Shown here: positions 58,180 through 64,000 of the stretch, one piece after another
Position numbering within the stretch: the stretch's first letter is position 1
How the letters are laid out: each line of letters opens with the position of its first letter
Assembly: GCA_026016205.1 (NCBI GenBank)
Contig: CP061209.1
Location: 448,433 to 512,432 of the forward strand
Source of the DNA: Methanosarcinales archaeon
GTDB taxonomy: Archaea > Halobacteriota > UBA148 > JAUWXC01
Direction of reading: 5' to 3'
DNA length: 64,000 nt
Program-made: the position numbers and the translations under genes
Notes under the pieces: model-generated
The model's input: the letters and a program-made list of their open reading frames with translations, nothing else
The model's database searches: none
Told to the model about the DNA's origin: nothing

Positions 58180-58310
58180 GCGCCGATAGTCTAGTGGTTA
58201 TGACATGGGCCTTCCAACCAAACTTTTAAAAAAGTTTGATCAAAACTATCAACCTTTTTGAAGGTTGCGGAAGACAGCCCATGACCCGGGTTCAAATCCC
58301 GGTCGGCGCA
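58180..58310 (+). tRNA. tRNA-Gly (anticodon UCC) with a 59-nt intron at the canonical 37/38 position
   Basis: Exons are 58180-58216 and 58276-58310. Acceptor GCGCCGA/TCGGCGC, anticodon stem TGGGC/GCCCA, loop CTTCCA|A, T arm CCGGG-TTCAAAT-CCCGG. The mature length is 72 nt. Confidence 0.85.
58217..58275 (+). other. tRNA-Gly intron
   Basis: The exon segment CTTC (58211-14) can pair with the intron segment GAAG (58270-73). This leaves 3-nt bulges CAA (58215-17) and ACA (58274-76) that carry both splice sites, a BHB-like geometry. Confidence 0.7.
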
Positions 58311-58362
58311 TTAAGAAGGAATGCGAGGAATCTGGGTGAAGCGCAAGAGCTGGATCAGGGAC

Positions 58363-58632
58363 ATGGCAAAGCAGAGAATCGAAATACTCTTTGGGCTTGC
58401 TGAGAAAGAATTCGGAGAGCACCCGGAAAGAAGCAACAGGTATGTCCAGCTTGCGAGAAGAATCGGCATGCGTCACAATGTCAGGATTCCCAGGGAATTC
58501 AAGCGGAGGATGTGCAAGCACTGCTACTCATATCTCATGCCAGGAGCCAGCGCAAGGGTACGACTGCGGAAAAGATATGTAACGGTAACATGCCTCGCAT
58601 GTAATAGGCAGATGCGGTACCCATACCCATAA
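58363..58632 (+). CDS. rnp4: RNase P protein component 4 (Rpp21/RNP4)
   Basis: MAKQRIEILFGLAEKEF...NRYVQLARRI plus the Zn ribbon CKHCYSYL...CLACN. The start was set at 58363. Confidence 0.85.
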   Translation: MAKQRIEILFGLAEKEFGEHPERSNRYVQLARRIGMRHNVRIPREFKRRMCKHCYSYLMPGASARVRLRKRYVTVTCLACNRQMRYPYP

Positions 58633-58757
58633 TCTAAGAGGCATATTAGCGCATAAGGCATATAAGAAAAAGCTAGCCTCAAACTCGACCGAATTGTCGG
58701 CAAGATGAAAGAAGCGGCAGATAAAATTAAGAAGGCTGCAAGCAATACCTGCACCTG

Positions 58758-59021
58758 ATGGAAAAGAAGAAGGCATATAAACTAAAGGCAGATGCAACAT
58801 CACTTAGCCCAACAGTTCAAGTCGGAAAAAATGGCATTACTAAGACAATAATAGAAGAGTTGAGGAGGCAATTGAAAAAGATGCACCTTGTCAAAGTCAA
58901 ATTCCCAAAATCGGCAATTAGGTCCGAACGAGCCGAACTCGCACAGCAATTAGCCCGGTCAGCTAATGCCGAGTTAATCGAGACAAGGGGCATGACTGCC
59001 GTATATTTTAAGGGCAAATAA
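58758..59021 (+). CDS. YhbY-like CRM-domain RNA-binding protein
   Basis: VQVGKNGIT...VKVKF and a C-terminal G.T.V.FK pattern. Confidence 0.75.
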   Translation: MEKKKAYKLKADATSLSPTVQVGKNGITKTIIEELRRQLKKMHLVKVKFPKSAIRSERAELAQQLARSANAELIETRGMTAVYFKGK

Positions 59022-59061
59022 CCGATAGATTAATCTATTATCCTTCTAATGGAGGTTGAGC

Positions 59062-59511
59062 ATGACAACGATTTATGATGTACCTGCATACGCGCTTATA
59101 AACAAGGTAGCGCTACGACTAGAAGAGTCTAAAAAAGTCGTGCCACCAGAGTGGGCAGCCTATGTAAAAACTGGCATTCACAAAGAATTGCCCCCCATAC
59201 AAGAGAATTGGTGGCATATTAGGTGCGCATCCATCCTCAGGCGCATATATATAGATGGACCGGTCGGAGTAGAGCGGCTCAGGTCATTCTATGGGGGTAA
59301 ACAGAACAGAGGGTCAAAGCCGGAACGGTTTGTGAAAGGGAGCGGTTCGATTCTACGACATGCAATCCAGCAACTGGAACAGATAGGATACTTACGCAAT
59401 ACAAAAAAAGGGCGAACTATATCGCCTGCAGGGCGATCCTTCTTGGATAACATCGCAGATGAGGTTAAGAAAGAAGTTGCCAAGGATATCCCTGGATTAG
59501 AAAAATATTAG
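59062..59511 (+). CDS. rps19e: Ribosomal protein S19e
   Basis: [12 protein letters not shown]...[14 protein letters not shown]. The ATG at 59062 lies 5 nt after GGAGGT. Confidence 0.9.
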   Translation: MTTIYDVPAYALINKVALRLEESKKVVPPEWAAYVKTGIHKELPPIQENWWHIRCASILRRIYIDGPVGVERLRSFYGGKQNRGSKPERFVKGSGSILRHAIQQLEQIGYLRNTKKGRTISPAGRSFLDNIADEVKKEVAKDIPGLEKY

Positions 59512-59521
59512 GCGATGTCCC

Positions 59522-59845
59522 ATGAATGAGTTGGACGAGATTAAAAGAAGAAAATTAGAACAACTCAGGCAAGCGCAGATGCAGGCAACTCAAGAAGATG
59601 CTGCAAGGGCAGAAATACAGGCCAGAAAAAAAGGCATATTGCGCCAGATATTGACGCCGGAGGCAAGGGAAAGGTTAAACAACATCAGGATGACACGTCC
59701 TGATTTTGTCGACCAAGTTGAAGTGCAGTTAATAGTGCTCGCACAGAGCGGGAGACTAGAAGGCCAGATAAGCGATGAACAGTTGAAACAGATACTCCTG
59801 CAGGTTCAACCAAAGAAAAGGGACATAAAAATTCGGAGAATGTGA
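59522..59845 (+). CDS. DNA-binding protein, PDCD5/TFAR19 family
   Basis: [37 protein letters not shown]. Confidence 0.8.
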   Translation: MNELDEIKRRKLEQLRQAQMQATQEDAARAEIQARKKGILRQILTPEARERLNNIRMTRPDFVDQVEVQLIVLAQSGRLEGQISDEQLKQILLQVQPKKRDIKIRRM

Positions 59846-59846
59846 A

Positions 59847-59999
59847 ATGGGTAAAAAGACGAAGAGCAAAAAGAAGAGGCTTGCTAAGGCAACGGAGCAA
59901 AACAGGCGTGTGCCAGTATGGGTGATAATGAGGACCAATAGGGCTGTAACGACACACCCAAAAAGGCGAAACTGGAGACGGAGCGACTTAGACATATAA
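59847..59999 (+). CDS. rpl39e: Ribosomal protein L39e
   Basis: My own translation gives [50 protein letters not shown]. It is below the ORF-track cut-off. Confidence 0.85.
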   Translation: MGKKTKSKKKRLAKATEQNRRVPVWVIMRTNRAVTTHPKRRNWRRSDLDI

Positions 60000-60008
60000 G
60001 GTGATTTC

Positions 60009-60269
60009 GTGGAAGGGGAGCAGATTTATACGATTCCGCTGAGGGTCACGAAAAAAGTGCCGAGATGGCGGAGAAGCAAAAGAGCCATGAGCGAGATTAG
60101 AACGTACCTAGCAAAGCATATGAAGGCTGAGCCGGAACATATCCACTTAGATTCATCTATAAACGAGAAGGTCTGGGAGAAAGGTAGCCAAAACCCTCCA
60201 CCTAAGATTAGAGTCAAGGCAATGAAATTCGAAGATGGCGTTGTCGAAGCAGAGCTTGTTAAAGAATAG
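60009..60269 (+). CDS. rpl31e: Ribosomal protein L31e
   Basis: YTIPLRVTKKVPRWRRSKRAMSEIR. GTG start. Confidence 0.85.
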   Translation: MEGEQIYTIPLRVTKKVPRWRRSKRAMSEIRTYLAKHMKAEPEHIHLDSSINEKVWEKGSQNPPPKIRVKAMKFEDGVVEAELVKE

Positions 60270-60277
60270 TTGTATAT

Positions 60278-60937
60278 ATGCCAAAAATACTGACATTCAA
60301 TGGGAGCCCATATTTAGGCGTATTTGCCGCGAACACCGAGAAGCTTGCAATCATTCCGCCAGACGTTTCACAGCAAGCATTTAAGGAAACATGCGAGGCG
60401 TTGGGTGTGGATGGTATAAAGACATCTGTCTGCGAGTGTTCAGTAGTAGGTGCATTGATGTGCGGAAACTCGCATGGATGTGTAGTGCCATCGTACGCGC
60501 TTGAGGAAGAGATTGCAAGGATTGAGAAATATACCCAGGTCCTGAGACTGCCCAGCAAGATGAGCGCGGCCGGCAACCTTATACTTGCAAATGATGAGGT
60601 GGCAATAGTGCATCCTGACATGGGCAAAAACGCAATAAAAGTGGTCAAAGACGCCCTAAATGTTGAAGTATATAAAGGAAGAATTGGAGGGTTAAAGACA
60701 GTAGGGATGGCAGCAGTCGCCACCAATAAAGGCGTATTAGTTCACCCCAAGGCATCTGCGCAAGAGCTGAAGTTTCTAGAGGATACTTTTGGCCTGCCAG
60801 TGGACATCGGCACGGTGAACTTTGGGTCAGGATTGATAGGTGCAGCCCTGTTAGCAAATTCAAAAGGGTACGTCGTAGGTACTGAGACTACAGGGCCTGA
60901 GTTGGGGAGGATTGAGGATGCCCTGGGATTTGTATGA
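60278..60937 (+). CDS. eif6: Translation initiation factor 6 (aIF6)
   Basis: Five-fold pseudo-repeat with GSPYLGVFA / GNLILAND / VGMAAVATNKG / IGAALLANSKG motifs. Confidence 0.9.
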   Translation: MPKILTFNGSPYLGVFAANTEKLAIIPPDVSQQAFKETCEALGVDGIKTSVCECSVVGALMCGNSHGCVVPSYALEEEIARIEKYTQVLRLPSKMSAAGNLILANDEVAIVHPDMGKNAIKVVKDALNVEVYKGRIGGLKTVGMAAVATNKGVLVHPKASAQELKFLEDTFGLPVDIGTVNFGSGLIGAALLANSKGYVVGTETTGPELGRIEDALGFV

Positions 60938-60946
60938 GGTGCAGTA

Positions 60947-61363
60947 ATGACTGAAAAAAAGACAAGCGAAGAGGATGTTAGAGGAGCCATCGCCCTGCTG
61001 CAACAGTATCAGAGTAGGGCAGAGGCGCATCAACAGCAGCTCGCTTTAATCGAGCTTTCAATTCGAGAGTGTGAGAGTGCTCTCAACACAATTGACGAAC
61101 TCGGAAAGGTGAAGGCAGACAATACCGCGTTAGTTCCGATCGGCGCAGGCGCATATTTGCATGCCACGATACCACAGGTGGGTAGAGTCCTGATAAGTCT
61201 TGGCGCAGGCGTAAGTGCAGAAAAAGATTCCGATGCCGCCAAAGAAACATTGGCCAAAAGAAGAGAAGAATTCGGCAAGATGCACGAGCACTTGAACGAG
61301 GAACTGCGCAGAATGTACAATGACATGCAAAAGATACAGCTAAAGATCGCACAACATAGGTGA
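60947..61363 (+). CDS. pfdA: Prefoldin alpha subunit
   Basis: Coiled coil - beta hairpins (ALVPIGAGAYLHA) - coiled coil architecture. Confidence 0.8.
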   Translation: MTEKKTSEEDVRGAIALLQQYQSRAEAHQQQLALIELSIRECESALNTIDELGKVKADNTALVPIGAGAYLHATIPQVGRVLISLGAGVSAEKDSDAAKETLAKRREEFGKMHEHLNEELRRMYNDMQKIQLKIAQHR

Positions 61364-61367
61364 GAGC

Positions 61368-62276
61368 ATGTTCGATGTATTGAGGCGGAAAGTTGGCGCC
61401 TTCAAGAGTGATACCAAAACGCTCATTCTCGAACGTAAACTTGATGAAAAAAGCCTGGAAAAAACGCTACAGGCCTTTGAGTTAGCCCTTATCGAGAGCA
61501 ATATCGCGGTGCCTGTGGCAGAGGGCATCATTTCTTCTGTGAAGGCAGAGCTTCTTGGCACGAAAATAGGGCGGCGCGCCAATATTGACGAGATTCTGGA
61601 ATCGGCCCTGCAAAAAGCCATGATAAAAGTACTCTCAGCGAATGAATTTGATTTTGATGAGTACGTCAAGAAGGCGGAAAAGCCGGTTAACATCATCTTC
61701 GTGGGCGTAAACGGAACCGGCAAGACAACGACCGTTGCAAAGATTGCTCAGCGCCTAAAAAAGCAGGGGTATTCTGTTGTCATCGCATCCGCAGATACCT
61801 ACAGGGCAGGTGCGACCGAACAGATAGAAACTCATGCAGAGCGATTAAACCTCAAGGTGATTAAGCACCAGCTGGGTGGCGACCCCGCTGCCGTCGTATA
61901 TGATGGGGTGCAATATGCAAGAGCCAGGCACAAGGATATCGTCCTGGCAGATACCGCAGGGCGGATGCACACGAACGTGAATCTGATGGAAGAACTCAAG
62001 AAGATTGGACGGGTTACGAGCCCGGATTTAGTGATTTTTGTTGACGAGGCTACGGCAGGCAATGATGCAGTCGAGCGGGCAAAGAAATTTAACGATGCGG
62101 TGGGCATTGACGGGTCAATTCTGACGAAGGTGGATGTGGACGTGAAGGGCGGCGCTGCCATTTCAATCGCACACACCACAGGAAAGCCCATTCTATTTCT
62201 CGGAACGGGCCAGGAATATGATGATTTGGTTAAATTCCAGCCTGAATGGCTAGTGGACAAATTATTGGAGGGATAA
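61368..62276 (+). CDS. ftsY: Signal recognition particle receptor FtsY
   Basis: NG domain motifs GVNGTGKTTT, DTAGR and TKVD. Confidence 0.9.
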   Translation: MFDVLRRKVGAFKSDTKTLILERKLDEKSLEKTLQAFELALIESNIAVPVAEGIISSVKAELLGTKIGRRANIDEILESALQKAMIKVLSANEFDFDEYVKKAEKPVNIIFVGVNGTGKTTTVAKIAQRLKKQGYSVVIASADTYRAGATEQIETHAERLNLKVIKHQLGGDPAAVVYDGVQYARARHKDIVLADTAGRMHTNVNLMEELKKIGRVTSPDLVIFVDEATAGNDAVERAKKFNDAVGIDGSILTKVDVDVKGGAAISIAHTTGKPILFLGTGQEYDDLVKFQPEWLVDKLLEG

Positions 62277-62279
62277 AGA

Positions 62280-63575
62280 TTGCCAGACCTTGGTAGTTCT
62301 ATGCGCGCTGTGGTTAAAAAAGTCGTCAGGGCAGGAAGGATAGATGCCAGGACCGTAGATGAGATTGTCAAGGATGTTCAGAGGGCGCTGCTGCAGGCAG
62401 ATGTCAACGTTGAGCTGGTTATGCAACTGTCCTCTCAAATCAGGGAGAGGGCACTCAAGGAAAAGCCGCCTGCTGGCGCGAACCCAAGAGAGCATGTCAT
62501 AAAAATTATCTACGAGACGCTGGTCGAGATTATAGGAAAAGGCGTGGATGTGCCGCTAAAAGAGCAGAAGATATTGATGGTGGGACTGCACGGGTCTGGA
62601 AAGACCACCACTGTTGCGAAACTTGCCAGATTTTTCCAGCGGAAGGGGCTAAAACCCGCTGTCATCTGCGCTGACACGTACAGGCCCGGTGCCTATGCGC
62701 AGTTGAAGCAATTATGCGAGCAGATTGACGTTCCGTGCTACGGAGGCGGAAAAGCACCGCTCAAGATCGTTAAAGAGGGGCTGAAGGCGCTCAAGGGCGA
62801 CGTGATAATCGTCGATACCGCAGGGCGTCATGCTCTTGAGAAGGACATGATCAAGGAAATGAAGGATTTAGCCCGTATTCTGAAGCCGGACCAGAAAATC
62901 CTCGTCCTGGATGCGGCAATCGGCCAGGTGGCAGGCGCTCAGGCAAAGGCGTTTAACGATGCAGTTAGCATCACTGGCGTGATTCTGACCAAAATGGATG
63001 GCACTGCCAAGGGCGGAGGTGCCCTGTCAGCGGTGGCAGAAACGGGGGCGCCCATCGCCTTTATGGGAACCGGCGAAACGCCCGAGGATTTAGAGCGTTT
63101 TGACCCGGATGGTTACATCTCCAGGCTACTGGGCATGGGAGATATCAAAAGCCTAATTGAAAGGGCAGAAGAAAGCTTGGGCAAGGGCGAACTGGACGTG
63201 AAGGCAATGCTCAAGGGGAAGTTTACCCTGGAGGATATGTACAAACAGCTGGAGGCAATCAACAAACTTGGTCCCCTCAAACAGGTGATGCAGATGGTGC
63301 CGCTGGGCATGGAGGTTCCCGATGATGCATACGAGGTTACAAAGGACAGGTTAAAGAAATACAAGGTAATCATGGACTCCATGACGGATGAGGAGTTGAG
63401 AGAGCCAAAGATTATCGGGAGTTCCAGGATAAAAAGGATTGCCATAGGCTCTGGCACCGCAACAGAGGATGTGAGGGATTTATTGAAATATCACAAGATG
63501 ATGCAAACCGCAATGAAGGGGCTCAGGGGCGGAAAGTTCCCGATGCGAAAAATGATGAAGAGATTTAAGATATAA
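62280..63575 (+). CDS. srp54: Signal recognition particle protein SRP54
   Basis: [20 protein letters not shown], and the Met-rich M domain. TTG start. Confidence 0.9.
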   Translation: MPDLGSSMRAVVKKVVRAGRIDARTVDEIVKDVQRALLQADVNVELVMQLSSQIRERALKEKPPAGANPREHVIKIIYETLVEIIGKGVDVPLKEQKILMVGLHGSGKTTTVAKLARFFQRKGLKPAVICADTYRPGAYAQLKQLCEQIDVPCYGGGKAPLKIVKEGLKALKGDVIIVDTAGRHALEKDMIKEMKDLARILKPDQKILVLDAAIGQVAGAQAKAFNDAVSITGVILTKMDGTAKGGGALSAVAETGAPIAFMGTGETPEDLERFDPDGYISRLLGMGDIKSLIERAEESLGKGELDVKAMLKGKFTLEDMYKQLEAINKLGPLKQVMQMVPLGMEVPDDAYEVTKDRLKKYKVIMDSMTDEELREPKIIGSSRIKRIAIGSGTATEDVRDLLKYHKMMQTAMKGLRGGKFPMRKMMKRFKI

Positions 63576-63620
63576 GAGGCAAATAGAAGCGAGTATAATA
63601 AAACAGAAAAGAGGTATAGT

Positions 63621-63803
63621 ATGAAAAAGGATTTGATGGACATTCTTGCTTGCCCAATGTGTAAAGGGGACCTGGAGCTGAAGGTTGAAGAAGAGAAAAA
63701 TGATGAGATAATCACTGGAACGCTCTATTGCGCAAAATGCGATGAGCGCTACCCCATCGAAGACGGGATTCCAAACCTACTGCCACCAGACCTGCGAGAA
63801 TGA
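63621..63803 (+). CDS. Trm112-like zinc-ribbon protein (UPF0434)
   Basis: ILACPMCKGDL ... YCAKCDERYPIEDGIPNLL. Confidence 0.8.
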   Translation: MKKDLMDILACPMCKGDLELKVEEEKNDEIITGTLYCAKCDERYPIEDGIPNLLPPDLRE

Positions 63804-63810
63804 TGCCAGT

Positions 63811-64000
63811 ATGACAAAACTACAGCAACGGATACATCTTAACAGAAGGGGTGTCAACTCGATTGAATTTGACACGCAAGAGCTGGTCGTACCGCTGGAG
63901 CCGGGAGAGGAGACCAGTTTCGATATCAATGTAATCAACTACGGAACGCCCACCCACATCCATTTGGCTGCTGTTGGAGATATCAGGGACAACGTCACGT
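63811..64000 (+). CDS. Hypothetical protein (3' partial, runs off window end)
   Basis: An ATG at 63811 opens a frame that stays open to the window end (MTKLQQRIHLNRRGVNSIEFDTQELVVPLEPGEE...). No family recognised. Confidence 0.35.
   Translation, partial: MTKLQQRIHLNRRGVNSIEFDTQELVVPLEPGEETSFDINVINYGTPTHIHLAAVGDIRDNVT

Noticed and set aside
58249-58521. A minus-strand 90-aa ORF overlapping the tRNA-Gly 3' exon and the Rpp21 gene.
   Set aside because: It overlaps two well-supported features on the other strand and has no recognisable motifs.
58639-58780. A recurring 10-mer, AGGCATATAA (58656-65 and 58771-80), plus the variant AGGCATATTA (58639-48), upstream of and inside the start of the YhbY-like gene.
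   Set aside because: The motif is short and A+T-rich, and one copy lies inside coding sequence. Three occurrences are not enough to distinguish a regulatory motif from chance without a genome-wide count.

Overview
This window is a densely coding archaeal chromosomal segment. Gene content looks euryarchaeal and methanogen/ANME-like, but the exact taxon cannot be set from sequence alone. G+C is moderate by eye.

Most of the window is housekeeping:
- Replication: MCM, Orc1/Cdc6, type IA topoisomerase, an Hjc-like resolvase.
- Translation: PheRS alpha and beta, TrpRS, TyrRS, GatCAB, aIF1A, aIF6, ribosomal proteins S19e/L39e/L31e/L40e, the RNase P Rpp21 subunit, Tsr3, Rio1, a KH/Dim2-like protein, NMD3 and EndA.
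- Protein targeting: FtsY, SRP54, prefoldin alpha.
- Archaeal lipid synthesis: GGGPS, DGGGPS, MIPS plus a CDP-alcohol phosphatidyltransferase.
- NAD synthesis (nadC, nadX, nadA) and central or nitrogen metabolism (FBP aldolase/phosphatase, class I fumarase, GlnA, HisF, PurB, MtnA, Dcd).
- Two tRNAs: Arg-UCG, and Gly-UCC carrying a 59-nt intron.

The one clearly foreign segment is a strongly A+T-rich island of about 4.7 kb (c. 17060-21803). It sits between a HicB antitoxin gene and trpS, and it truncates the adjacent hicA toxin gene.

The island carries a tightly packed four-gene minus-strand operon, in order of transcription:
- a large MTase with motif I before TSPPY;
- an OLD-type ABC-ATPase/TOPRIM nuclease;
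- a PD-(D/E)xK-like protein;
- a small MTase (DSPY).

I rate this operon as the best candidate for an unusual or undescribed defence system.

Secondary points of interest:
- a Cas4-like nuclease translationally coupled to Orc1/Cdc6, with no CRISPR locus present;
- a frameshifted membrane-protein gene with an intact paralogue nearby;
- a direct-repeat/palindrome element in a divergent promoter;
- a small acidic protein with a ribosomal-stalk-like C-terminal tail;
- a translationally coupled asnB-like-gatCAB-topA chain.

No CRISPR array, rRNA, transposase or integrase was seen. All family calls come from motif recognition in the supplied translations, because no database search was possible.
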